Translations under genes and position numbers: made by a program
The notes under the pieces: model-generated
What the model saw: the letters and a program-made list of their open reading frames with translations, nothing else
The model's database searches: none
Told to the model about the DNA's origin: nothing
From: an uncultured archaeon
GTDB taxonomy: Archaea; Aenigmatarchaeota; Aenigmatarchaeia; CAZXUR01
Direction: 5' to 3'
Length of the DNA stretch: 64,000 nt
Assembly: GCA_964644245.1 (NCBI GenBank)
Contig: CAZXUR010000003.1
Coordinates: 16,585 to 80,584 of the forward strand
In this document: positions 30,317 to 39,410 of the stretch, piece after piece
Numbering within the stretch: the stretch's first letter is position 1
Layout of the letters: each line of letters opens with the position of its first letter

Positions 30317-31219
30317 ATGTTGTTTCAGTTTCTCTTGCTCATAGCCGGTTTTGCCATACTGGTCAAGTCATCGGACTACTTCATAGAGTCGGTGGTCTCC
30401 ATGGCCAGATGGCTAGAGGTCAGCGAGTTCTTCATAGGAGTGACCGTGGTGTCCATAGGCACTTCACTTCCGGAACTGGGAACTGCGTTCTTCGCCCTGT
30501 TACACCTTTCGCCGGGTCTGGTGATGGGAAACGTAGTGGGTGCGAACATAGTTGCCATGAGTCTGGTGGTGGGAGTGATAGCAATCATGACCGGCCTTAT
30601 GGTGCAGAGGGACATACTCAACTACGACCTCCCGGCTTTGGTTTCCATATCATTCCTCTTCTGGCTGTTCTCCACCGGCGGTTCCATAAACTGGCTGGAA
30701 GGCCTGATGTTCCTGGTGGTCTACTTTGCATACACGATTAGCATAGGAGAGAAGAGGATGGAGGTCGTGCACAGCAAGATATTCGAGAAGAGAAAGATGG
30801 TCTACCTGGTGATTTCACTGGTGGGAATAATCGTAGGTGCAGAGATGGTGGTCAGTTCTGCACTAGGAATATCCGAGTTTCTGGGCATGTCTGCAACTGT
30901 GGTCGGCCTGACCATAGTTTCCATGGGCACCACCCTTCCCGAGTTGATGGTCTCTTTCATGTCCGTGTGGAAAGGAGAGAAAGAACTTGCTTTGGGCAAC
31001 ATAACCGGCTCGGTCCTTTTCAACCTCTGCGTGGTGCTGGGACTTTCGGCACTGTTCATGGACATACCCACGGGAGAAATCATAACCACAGTTTCATTCC
31101 CCGTGATGGTGGGGCTGACACTCATACTCGGAGTCATGGCCATGGACAAGAACATAACCCGCTTCGATGGGATAGTCCTTCTGGCCATCTATTTCGGGTT
31201 CCTGGGCATAATACTATGA
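30317..31219 (+). CDS. calcium/sodium antiporter (CaCA family)
   Basis: Alpha repeats GTSLPEL...GNVVGAN and GTTLPEL...GNITGS. Confidence 0.92.
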   Translation: MLFQFLLLIAGFAILVKSSDYFIESVVSMARWLEVSEFFIGVTVVSIGTSLPELGTAFFALLHLSPGLVMGNVVGANIVAMSLVVGVIAIMTGLMVQRDILNYDLPALVSISFLFWLFSTGGSINWLEGLMFLVVYFAYTISIGEKRMEVVHSKIFEKRKMVYLVISLVGIIVGAEMVVSSALGISEFLGMSATVVGLTIVSMGTTLPELMVSFMSVWKGEKELALGNITGSVLFNLCVVLGLSALFMDIPTGEIITTVSFPVMVGLTLILGVMAMDKNITRFDGIVLLAIYFGFLGIIL

Positions 31220-32167
31220 CCAGGTGACTTCAACTTGGTCGGTCCTCCACCTGGGCCTTATGTCCAGGTCTGAAGAACATTCAGCCAGAGAGCCCAGGTA
31301 AGCAATCATCACCGGGTTGTCCCCGGAGTATTTTTGGGGAACTATATACATGTCCGCTCCCCGCTCCTCGCACATCTTTCCCATCATTTCCCGTAGCCGC
31401 TGGTTGGCAGCGACTCCCCCCACCACCAGTACTTCCTGTTTCCCGGTGTGGGCCAGAGCGCGTTCCACCACCTCTGTGAGCATGGAGAAGCAGTGCTCTT
31501 GAAGGGAGAAACAGACGTTTTCCACTTTCTCCCCTTTCTTTACCCGGTTGGTGGCTTCGGTCACTATGCCTGAGAATGACAGATCCATGCCCTTGACCAC
31601 GTAGGGAAGCGGGATGTAAGAGCCTTCCTTTGCCTTTTTCTCCACTTCCGGTGCTCCTGGGTAGGGAATTCCTATGCTCCTGGCAAACGTGTCCAGTGCG
31701 TTCCCCACTGATATGTCCTCTGTTTCACCGAATATCCTGTACCTTCCAGAGGCCAGTCCCAGGACCTGGGTGTTACCGCCAGAGACGAACAGCACTATGG
31801 GGTCCTCAGATTTGGTGAGCAGTTTTCCTATCTCTATGTGAGCCACGCAGTGGTTGACCCCCACCACTGGCTTTTTGTGCTCCTTCTTCAAATCCAGTGC
31901 CAGTTCCTTTCCCACACTCAGGCAGGGGGGGAGTCCGGGCCCCTGAGAAAAGGCTATCCTTTCCACCTGCTCCCAGTCTATATTCTTCTCCGCTTTATTC
32001 AGTAGTTCGTCCTTCACCTCGCGATGGTGCTTGGCCACTTCTATGGGCACCATGCCCAAGAATTCTCCTTCCGGCTTGTAGGAATCCCGCTCGTCCAGTA
32101 CTATGTCCCCGTTTTCCACACCACCGATGCCCAGTGTGTGAGCGGTGGACTCAATGCCCAATATCAT
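31214..32167 (-). CDS. kae1: KEOPS t6A synthase Kae1
   Basis: GIESTAH, GPGLPPCL, HCVAHIE, SGGNTQ, GGVAAN. Confidence 0.95.
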   Translation of the reverse strand: MILGIESTAHTLGIGGVENGDIVLDERDSYKPEGEFLGMVPIEVAKHHREVKDELLNKAEKNIDWEQVERIAFSQGPGLPPCLSVGKELALDLKKEHKKPVVGVNHCVAHIEIGKLLTKSEDPIVLFVSGGNTQVLGLASGRYRIFGETEDISVGNALDTFARSIGIPYPGAPEVEKKAKEGSYIPLPYVVKGMDLSFSGIVTEATNRVKKGEKVENVCFSLQEHCFSMLTEVVERALAHTGKQEVLVVGGVAANQRLREMMGKMCEERGADMYIVPQKYSGDNPVMIAYLGSLAECSSDLDIRPRWRTDQVEVTWS

Positions 32168-32168
32168 T

Positions 32169-32861
32169 TCAATCCCTCTTTCTGATTACGTCCGGTATGA
32201 GGTCTATGTCTCCCCTGACCACTGCCAGGTCTCCGGTCCCGTTCTTGGCCTTCAGCTCCTGGTCTATAGACAGCTGTCGCATGATATATCTTTTAGGATT
32301 AAACACTATGGCAAAACCGCTCTCCTTGAACATGGGAACGTCCGACAAACCGTCACCCACGCACGCGACTTCGTCTTTTTCCAATTCATGTTCATCCATG
32401 ATTTCCTTGATAACCTTTCCCTTTCCCTCTTCGAAGACGGTTCCTTTAACTTCTCCGGTGGCCTTCCCGTCCTCTACCACGAACTCACCCGCATGTATCT
32501 CTTCGAACATGTTAAGGACTTGATTCTTCTTGAGCACGTGCTTTATGAGCCTCTCGTCGTTGACCGAAACAATCGTCAGTTTCCTCCCGTCCTTCTTCAG
32601 TTCTTTTAAACACTCCTCGCACCCTTTGGAGAGCTCAAGCTTTCCTGCCATCTCTCTTACCTTTGACTCTTCCATGCCCCTGGCAAGTCTGGCTCCCTGC
32701 ACCACTATGTCCGAGAGCCGGTCGGGGTCTTTACGCTTCAATATAAAACGGGTCAGCATGCGGAGTTTCTCTAACTTGCCGCGGAAGTCTCCGCCCAACA
32801 CGTCTGATATATTGCCGTCTATTATGACGTCGTCGAAATCAAAGCATACCACTTTATACAT
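32169..32861 (-). CDS. HAD-IB phosphoserine-phosphatase-like hydrolase
   Basis: FDFDDV motif I, VGDGLSD motif IV. Confidence 0.85.
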   Translation of the reverse strand: MYKVVCFDFDDVIIDGNISDVLGGDFRGKLEKLRMLTRFILKRKDPDRLSDIVVQGARLARGMEESKVREMAGKLELSKGCEECLKELKKDGRKLTIVSVNDERLIKHVLKKNQVLNMFEEIHAGEFVVEDGKATGEVKGTVFEEGKGKVIKEIMDEHELEKDEVACVGDGLSDVPMFKESGFAIVFNPKRYIMRQLSIDQELKAKNGTGDLAVVRGDIDLIPDVIRKRD

Positions 32862-32876
32862 TCCGCATCAAACAAG

Positions 32877-33212
32877 TTACTTTTTCTTTATCTCAGCGTA
32901 TCCGCACTTGCCGCAGTACACACGATTGTCTGCCTCAGCCAGAAAAGTTCCCATTCCACACCTGGGGCAGGCCTTCCCTTTCCTTACGACTTTTCCCTCA
33001 GAAACTTGGTACTTCTTCCATATCTGGACTTTAGAATGTTTCTTTTTAGAAATGGCGCGGTCCTTCCGACTCTTCTTCTCTTTTTTCGCTTTCTTTACAG
33101 TACCGGCTCCCACTTTCTTTTCTTCCGGTTTGGGCTTCTCTTCAGAGGCCTTTTCACCCTCTGTTCCCTTTTGCGGGGTTTTCTTGTCTTCCTTTTCTTC
33201 AGGCATATGCAC
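32877..33212 (-). CDS. rps27ae: 30S ribosomal protein S27ae (eS31) with charged N-terminal extension
   Basis: CPRCG.GTFLA...RVYCGKCGY. Confidence 0.92.
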   Translation of the reverse strand: MHMPEEKEDKKTPQKGTEGEKASEEKPKPEEKKVGAGTVKKAKKEKKSRKDRAISKKKHSKVQIWKKYQVSEGKVVRKGKACPRCGMGTFLAEADNRVYCGKCGYAEIKKK

Positions 33213-33263
33213 TACCTATAAGGTAAGTATATAAAACTTAACCACTTAAAAACATTGGTTTTT

Positions 33264-34163
33264 ATGGACGTGCTGGTCACCGGCGGTGCCGGGTTCATCG
33301 GTTCCAACCTCACAGAGGCTCTGGTGGACAAGCACCGTGTCACAATTCTGGACGACCTTTCGCTGGGCACTGAGGACAACCTGTCCTCGGTCCTCAAGTC
33401 TGTGGAACTGGTTGAGGGCAGCATCCTTGACGAAAAGACCGTGTCAAAGGCGGTGAGGGGCAAAGACATCGTTTTCCACTAGGCAGCCGCTTCCTCCTCC
33501 CCCATGTTCACAAAGGACCTGAAGAAGGCTGTTTCCACCAACGTAATCGGATTTGTAAACCTCTTGGAAGCCTGCCGGGAAAACCGTGTCAAGAAGATTA
33601 TATTCGCCTCTTCTTCTTCCATATACGGGAACAACCCGATACCTTTGAGGGAGGACCAGAAAGTCTCGCCCCCCAACTTCTACGCATCGACAAAACTAGC
33701 CATGGAGCATCTCGCCGAAAACTTCTCATTGAACTATGATTTGCCTTGGGTCGGCTTCCGCTACATGTCCGTATACGGACCTCATGAAAAGGCAAAGGGC
33801 AAGTTCGCCAATCTGGTTTCCCAGTTCCTGTGGAAGGTCAGGGAAGGCAAGAGCCCGGAGATATACGGGGACGGTGAACAGAAGAGGGACTTCACGTACG
33901 TGAGAGACGTGGTAAAGGCCAACCTACTGGCCATGGAAAAGGGCGGGGGTGTCTTCAACCTCGGCTCGGGTGACAACTACTCTCTGAACGAACTGGTGTC
34001 AGTGCTCAACAACCTTCTGGACAAAGCTGTGAAGCCCAAATATGTGGAGAACCCCATCAAAGGATACATCTACGACCAGCTGGCAGACTTGACCAAAGTC
34101 AAGAAAGAGTTGGGCTACGAACCGGAGTACAGTTTGGAAGATGGTATCAAGGACATGCTCTAG
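33264..34163 (+). pseudogene. NAD-dependent epimerase/dehydratase interrupted by an in-frame TAG (33480-33482)
   Basis: TGGAGFIGS...VFH*AAASS...ASSSSIYG...YASTK...RYMSVYGP; both halves are in the same frame. Confidence 0.8.
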
Positions 34164-34306
34164 TCTTCTGTCAGACTTTTGACTGTTTCTCTCATCTCTT
34201 TTGTGTATTCCTCGTTTTTAGAGTAAAGCAGTGAAGTAGCTCTTTCTATTACCTTTGTAAAAACATCCTTTTCAACCGGATATCTCCTTATCTTGACCAT
34301 GCCCAT
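34160..34306 (-). CDS. small hypothetical protein (48 aa)
   Basis: MGMVKIRRYPVEKDVF...LTED*; ATG abuts the rps24e stop and the ORF fills the gap exactly. Confidence 0.5.
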   Translation of the reverse strand: MGMVKIRRYPVEKDVFTKVIERATSLLYSKNEEYTKEMRETVKSLTED

Positions 34307-34864
34307 TCACTTGTTCTTCTTGTCCTCTTTATCTTCTGGTTTTTGTTTGGTTTCTTTCTCAGTAGTCTTGCCTTCTTCCTTCTTCTGTTCTCCTGTCTTT
34401 TCCTTCTCTTCACCTTTGGGTTTCTTGCCCTCTTCTTTCTTTTCCCCTGACTTATCCTTCTCTTCGCCTTTGGTTTTCTTACCTTTCTCTTTCTTTTCCT
34501 TGGACTCCTTCTCTTCCTTCTTCCCTTTCTCAGGCTTCTGCTCTTCTTTCTCTTCCTTTTTTCCCTCAGGCTTTTTCTCTTCCTTCTTCTGTTCTCCTTC
34601 CTTTTTCTCCTTGATTTCTTTCTCCAGGTCGGGAACCTTTTTCTTGTCCCATACGTAGACCTTTACAACGGACTTCGGGACACCCTGGCCGGAACGGACG
34701 GAGACTATTTCCGTGTGTTCCACTTTGGACTTCAGTTCCTTGGAAGCGACTTTCTGCAGAGCCGCGGCTGAGGGAGTGGGCTCTCCCTGGTGCTCGACCT
34801 CTGCTTCCACTTCTTTCCTTTTCAGGAATTTGTTCTTCTTTTTGTCAATGACTTTGAACTTCAT
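34307..34864 (-). CDS. rps24e: 30S ribosomal protein S24e with long K/E-rich tail
   Basis: NKFLKRKEV...H.GEPTPS; located after spt4. Confidence 0.85.
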   Translation of the reverse strand: MKFKVIDKKKNKFLKRKEVEAEVEHQGEPTPSAAALQKVASKELKSKVEHTEIVSVRSGQGVPKSVVKVYVWDKKKVPDLEKEIKEKKEGEQKKEEKKPEGKKEEKEEQKPEKGKKEEKESKEKKEKGKKTKGEEKDKSGEKKEEGKKPKGEEKEKTGEQKKEEGKTTEKETKQKPEDKEDKKNK

Positions 34865-34866
34865 TT

Positions 34867-35043
34867 TTACACCCTCAAAGCGTACTTCCCCGGAGAGGTT
34901 ATGTCCAGTTTCTTTGCTATCTCAGAGTCAGAGTCGAATATCACTATGGTCCCCTGCCAGGAGGTAGTGGTGTTCTTGGTCTTGCAGACCGGACACTCAG
35001 TACCTTTCACAATTCGCTTGCAGTCTCTGCATGCTCTTTCCAT
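34867..35043 (-). CDS. spt4: transcription elongation factor Spt4 (RpoE'')
   Basis: Manual translation MERACRDCKRIV...CPVC...WQG...SEIAKKLDITSPGKYALRV. Confidence 0.93.
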   Translation of the reverse strand: MERACRDCKRIVKGTECPVCKTKNTTTSWQGTIVIFDSDSEIAKKLDITSPGKYALRV

Positions 35044-35048
35044 TTAAA

Positions 35049-35624
35049 TCACTTCTTCTTTCCTTTCTTGCCCTTTTTCCCGGATTTCTTCTCTGACTTT
35101 ATCCAGGAAAGTGCTCCCAGACAAGACTGTCTCATGGTCAAAGTAATCTTGGTCTTTGCCTCACCGAGGCTCACTCCGGATATCCTGGCTCTCACCACGT
35201 CCCCTTCCTTCAGTTTCTTCTTCCTGTCTCTTCCGGCTAGGATGGCGTTCTTGGGGTCGTAGTTGACCTTGTCATCCATTATCTGTGAGACGTGCACCAG
35301 TCCGTCCAGAGGACCTAAACGCACGAAGGCACCGAACTCTGTGAGGTCCACGATTTCTCCCTCAAACATTTCGTCTTCCACCGGCAAGTATGTCATTACT
35401 TTGTACTTGCAGGGGTAGTGTATGGAACCGTCCTCGGGAAGGATTTTGCCCTCTCCCACGTCCAGCACTTCGGTGACCGCCAGGAACACACCATGATTGG
35501 CATCAGTGGAGCCTTCCAGAGTTTCCCTCAGACTCTCGACTACAGCTTCCTTTACATCCATGTCGAACTTACTGGGAGGAACCCTCACCTTGTCCTGTAC
35601 GGTCAGCATCTTGTACATGTTCAC
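35049..35624 (-). CDS. rpoE1: RNA polymerase subunit E' (Rpo7)
   Basis: VRVPP, FGAFVRLGPLDGLVHVSQI S1 domain, LTMRQ..LG..W. Confidence 0.95.
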   Translation of the reverse strand: MNMYKMLTVQDKVRVPPSKFDMDVKEAVVESLRETLEGSTDANHGVFLAVTEVLDVGEGKILPEDGSIHYPCKYKVMTYLPVEDEMFEGEIVDLTEFGAFVRLGPLDGLVHVSQIMDDKVNYDPKNAILAGRDRKKKLKEGDVVRARISGVSLGEAKTKITLTMRQSCLGALSWIKSEKKSGKKGKKGKKK

Positions 35625-35938
35625 GCCTCGACTAAGTATCTTCTTTGCCTAAGCCTTAAAACCTTAATATTTTTCTCCTTAAGCCTTTTTATAAGTTCCT
35701 TGTCATTGGTGGCAACCGGCAGCCCTTCCTCGGATGCATATTCTACTATGGCATCGTCGGCAGGCAGGTCTGAATCGATGACTTTTACCTTTTTGTCCAC
35801 AAATTTAAGAGCCAGGCGCGACTCTTTGGTGTCCAGGTTTGCCAGTTCCTTGACACAGGGCAGCATAGTCTTCAACTTCCCCTGAACTCGTACATTATTC
35901 TTTACGATTTCTATGAGCATGTTGGTGTCCACTATCAT
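35621..35938 (-). CDS. PIN domain protein (Fcf1/Utp24-like)
   Basis: IVDTN, ADDAI, VATNDKEL; usual position after aIF2-gamma. Confidence 0.88.
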   Translation of the reverse strand: MIVDTNMLIEIVKNNVRVQGKLKTMLPCVKELANLDTKESRLALKFVDKKVKVIDSDLPADDAIVEYASEEGLPVATNDKELIKRLKEKNIKVLRLRQRRYLVEA

Positions 35939-37143
35939 TTGACCACTCCGTACCCTATTAGTCTCCACCGGTTTTGAATCATCTTTGATAGTGCTACCTT
36001 CCTGCCCTTTTCCGAGCAGATGGGCTGTTGGGAGGATACCTCTATGTCCTTGGGCCTGGCAGAGGTGATTGTTGCCACCGCCTTGCCAGTGCCTGAAGCG
36101 ATGAGTATGCGTTCGCCGGTCTTCAGTTTTTCCACCTTTATGGCCTTCTTCAGTCCTATGACCCTCTTCATTAGTTGTATGTCAAGAGTAATGGTCTTGG
36201 AGAATTTGGGCATCTTTCCTGGCAGGCCGAGGAAGTTTCCGCCCAGTCCGTCGGACTTGGCCAGTCTGGGGTCCAGGTTGGTCATCAGTCCCAGAAGTCC
36301 TCCGGGCTCTGCCTCCTTTACCGATTCTCCACCCTTTTCCAGCCCGACAATCTCTGTCTGAAGAGGCTTCCACTCGTCTCCCTTGACTCCCGGCCTTATT
36401 TCCACTTTCTGTCCCACGGACAGTTTTCCCTGTACGAGGCTGCCTCCGATTATCCCTCCCTTCACGTTCTTTGCCTTGGTGCCGGGCTTGTTAACATCGA
36501 AACTCCTGGCCACCAGAAGCAGCGGATCCTTGCTGGGGTCCCGTTTGGGAGTGGGGATTTCTTTTTCTAAGGCTTCCAAGAGAACGTCTATGTTAACCTT
36601 GTTCTGCGCGGATATGGGTATTACCGGTGCGCCCTCTGCCACCGTTCCCTCGACGAATTCCTTGATTTGCTCATGGTTCTTCTTGGCCTGTTCTTCTGTC
36701 ACCAGGTCAAGTTTGGTCTGGGCTATCACTATGTTGTCTATGCCCATGATGTCCAGGACCATCAGGTGCTCACGGGTCTGTGGCTGGGGACACGGTTCGT
36801 TGGCAGCGACCAGCAGGAGAGCCCCGTCTATGAGCGCGGAACCAGACAGGACAGTGGCCATCAGTGCTTCGTGTCCCGGTGAATCTACAAGGCTCAGTGC
36901 TCTCACCGGTTTGCAGTCCTTGAAGCATTTGGGACACTTCTTGGTGACGGAGAAACCGCACTTGGGGCAGCGGTACACAGTAACGTCTGCGTAACCAAGT
37001 CTTATAGTGATGCCTCTCTTCATCTCTTCCGAATGGGTGTCAGCCCATTTGCCGCTCAGGGCTTCGGTCAGAGTGGTCTTCCCGTGGTCCACGTGTCCGA
37101 GCAGACCTATGTTAACTTCTGGTACCAGTTTGTCCTTGCTCAT
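35935..37143 (-). CDS. eif2g: translation initiation factor aIF2 gamma
   Basis: GHVDHGKT, RGITIRLGY, DSPGHE, PQPQTREH, RWRLIGYG. Confidence 0.97.
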   Translation of the reverse strand: MSKDKLVPEVNIGLLGHVDHGKTTLTEALSGKWADTHSEEMKRGITIRLGYADVTVYRCPKCGFSVTKKCPKCFKDCKPVRALSLVDSPGHEALMATVLSGSALIDGALLLVAANEPCPQPQTREHLMVLDIMGIDNIVIAQTKLDLVTEEQAKKNHEQIKEFVEGTVAEGAPVIPISAQNKVNIDVLLEALEKEIPTPKRDPSKDPLLLVARSFDVNKPGTKAKNVKGGIIGGSLVQGKLSVGQKVEIRPGVKGDEWKPLQTEIVGLEKGGESVKEAEPGGLLGLMTNLDPRLAKSDGLGGNFLGLPGKMPKFSKTITLDIQLMKRVIGLKKAIKVEKLKTGERILIASGTGKAVATITSARPKDIEVSSQQPICSEKGRKVALSKMIQNRWRLIGYGVVK

Positions 37144-37170
37144 CCAATCACCTATGTACACTTGTATACG

Positions 37171-37695
37171 TTATTCATGGTCTCCTTTCTTTTCTCCAGA
37201 CGGTTTTCCCTTCTCTCCCTTTTCCTCGGGCTTCTTCTCGGTTTTCTCCGATTTTTCTTCTTTCTCAGGCTTCTGCTTCTCTTTCTTCTCAGGTTTCTCC
37301 TCTTCCTTGGATTCTTCCTCGCCTTCTTTCTTTATTTCATCGCCCAGCAGTTCTTTGACAGACTTCTTGCCTTTCTTAACCACTTTGGTGTTCAGCTGTG
37401 CGATGTCGCTTGAGACTTGGTTTCCCCTGATACCCTTCTTTATCCTTACTCCCTCTCCGGGAGCGTCCAGTCCGGTGCCTTCCGTGAGCATTATTTTCTT
37501 TCTCCCAGTTCCACTCACGTCTCTGCGCATCGGGAATCCGTCCTCGTCCGAACCACCGGTTATCACCAGTTCGTACCCGGACAGTCCAAAGACGGACCCG
37601 TCTATCACGTCACCGATTTTCTTGTTGGTCAGCGGGCCTATACCTTTCTCTATCTGAACCGATTCTTTACCGTCTGAGATAACTATTTTTGTCAT
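37171..37695 (-). CDS. rps6e: 30S ribosomal protein S6e with K/E-rich tail
   Basis: ITGGSDEDGFPMR, IRGN. Confidence 0.95.
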   Translation of the reverse strand: MTKIVISDGKESVQIEKGIGPLTNKKIGDVIDGSVFGLSGYELVITGGSDEDGFPMRRDVSGTGRKKIMLTEGTGLDAPGEGVRIKKGIRGNQVSSDIAQLNTKVVKKGKKSVKELLGDEIKKEGEEESKEEEKPEKKEKQKPEKEEKSEKTEKKPEEKGEKGKPSGEKKGDHE

Positions 37696-37735
37696 TCAAT
37701 CACCCCAGTTTTAAAGCCGGGTTTTACAACCCTGA

Positions 37736-37894
37736 TTAATCTTCGCAGTTAGGTTTATAAACCTTTTCTCTTTCTTCTTCACGCTTTTCCATGAGTCCCA
37801 AGTCAGCCCATTCCTTCAGCGGGCTGGTGGCTATGAGCAATTCTTCCACCGCGTTCCCAGCTTTTCTCATGTACTTTCTAAGAAACACCTTCAT
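37736..37894 (-). CDS. possible small hypothetical protein (52 aa)
   Basis: MKVFLRKYMRKAGNAVEELL...CED*; fills an intergenic gap but its 3' end overlaps the rps6e TATA box. Confidence 0.35.
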   Translation of the reverse strand: MKVFLRKYMRKAGNAVEELLIATSPLKEWADLGLMEKREEEREKVYKPNCED

Positions 37895-37970
37895 GATAAC
37901 TATCTGGGGGCAATAGAATTTATCTCTATCGTTTGGAAAAGTTATTTATTCCCCCTGTCTAACTATTTCT

Positions 37971-39380
37971 ATGGAACTTCCCATAAGTACTGTAATCATG
38001 CTTACAGTCGCACTGGTGGTGCTGACCGGACTGTCCATATTTGCCATTGGCTCCATTGGGGAAGGTGGGGAAGAACTGTGGTTCTGGGCCGACTGGGCGG
38101 AAAAGGAATCCGCAGAGTACACCGAGCAGAACATCATCTATCTCGGAAATCTGGATACCTCTGGGAAAGAGGCTGTCGTAGAAACGGACAAACTGGCGGT
38201 CACCAGCATTTACAACAAAGATTCCAACATCAGGGTCCTTGAGACCGACCCAAGTGCAGGTACTGCTCGCATCGTTATAGGAGACCCAGTCTACCTCACG
38301 CTCAACGAGGGCAAGGAGGTTTCTGTAGACCTGGACGACGACGGGACATATGACATGACGGTGAAAGCAGAGGACATCAGGGAGGAGAGCATAAAGCTGA
38401 TGGTCAAGACCCTGTACCCCACAGAACCCTGCAAGAGCGACGCCTATCACTGCGTGGAGAAGACCAATGACGCGGGCAGCGTCTGCTACGGCCATTGCTG
38501 GAACTATGACTCTCCGATGGTGGATTCCTACGTGGCGGACTGCGACTCTTCGGAAGGCCTGGAAGTCTGTTGTTCCTGTGAAGGTTTTCCCCTGGAAGTA
38601 TGTGGTGACGACCACTGTGGAGGAGAAGAGGACCCGTCCAGTTGCTGCCTGGACTGCGGATGTCCTTCGGGACAGGAATGCGTCAGCAACACGTGTCAAG
38701 ATATTCCCAAAACACCTCCGGAAGGGCCGACCACCAGGGAGTACGAACCGGGCTACTGGGAAATCAACATAAACATACCCAAATCGCCCTCGGATTCTTG
38801 GCCAGACACGGGCATGTCTTACGCCTCCTCCGACCCGAACAGTTGGTGGATGGTCAAACCCTTGTACGACTACCAAGTCGCATACCCAGACCTTTCAAGG
38901 ACCTGGGGTGACTACGAACACAAGTACCTCACATTCCAGCTCAACACCAAGTACAAGAGTGGAAAATGGCTGATAGATATGAACTTGAACGGACTGAGTC
39001 TGGGAACTGACAACGAGTTCCTGAAGCCCAACGATGTGTGGTACCAGCAGGTGCTGGACATCTGTCCTCACCCGTTCTACATGACTTCCACAGAGTGGAA
39101 GTGGAAGGTTTATGACGGCGAGACCTATTCTACACCTCCTCACATCTGGCACGACGACCTGTTGTGCAGCGAGGACCAGCCTTCCTGCACTTGGAACACC
39201 TACTGGCCCACCGGATTCGTGGACACCAAGCATTCCCCTCCCAACGACTTGCCGGACGTGCACGACATAGAGTCCGTGGAACTGTCAGTCGAGGGCGAGG
39301 ACTGGACCATCCGCGTCTATCCCAGCGATAACGCCTTCGACTCCCGTGGTCTGATAAGGGAGAACTGGGTGAAGACTTAA
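37971..39380 (+). CDS. pilin-like N-terminus surface protein with Cys-rich region
   Basis: MELPISTVIMLTVALVVL hydrophobic N-terminus; CGDDHC..ED..SCCLDCGC..GQEC Cys-rich module. Confidence 0.75.
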   Translation: MELPISTVIMLTVALVVLTGLSIFAIGSIGEGGEELWFWADWAEKESAEYTEQNIIYLGNLDTSGKEAVVETDKLAVTSIYNKDSNIRVLETDPSAGTARIVIGDPVYLTLNEGKEVSVDLDDDGTYDMTVKAEDIREESIKLMVKTLYPTEPCKSDAYHCVEKTNDAGSVCYGHCWNYDSPMVDSYVADCDSSEGLEVCCSCEGFPLEVCGDDHCGGEEDPSSCCLDCGCPSGQECVSNTCQDIPKTPPEGPTTREYEPGYWEININIPKSPSDSWPDTGMSYASSDPNSWWMVKPLYDYQVAYPDLSRTWGDYEHKYLTFQLNTKYKSGKWLIDMNLNGLSLGTDNEFLKPNDVWYQQVLDICPHPFYMTSTEWKWKVYDGETYSTPPHIWHDDLLCSEDQPSCTWNTYWPTGFVDTKHSPPNDLPDVHDIESVELSVEGEDWTIRVYPSDNAFDSRGLIRENWVKT

Positions 39381-39410
39381 TTTATTTATTCTCTGAAGGC
39401 AAGTATTCTC

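Noticed and set aside
37959..38876. Long antisense ORFs (for example 37959-38876, 11979-12776, 28638-29417)
   Set aside because: Shadow frames of confidently assigned genes, with atypical composition.
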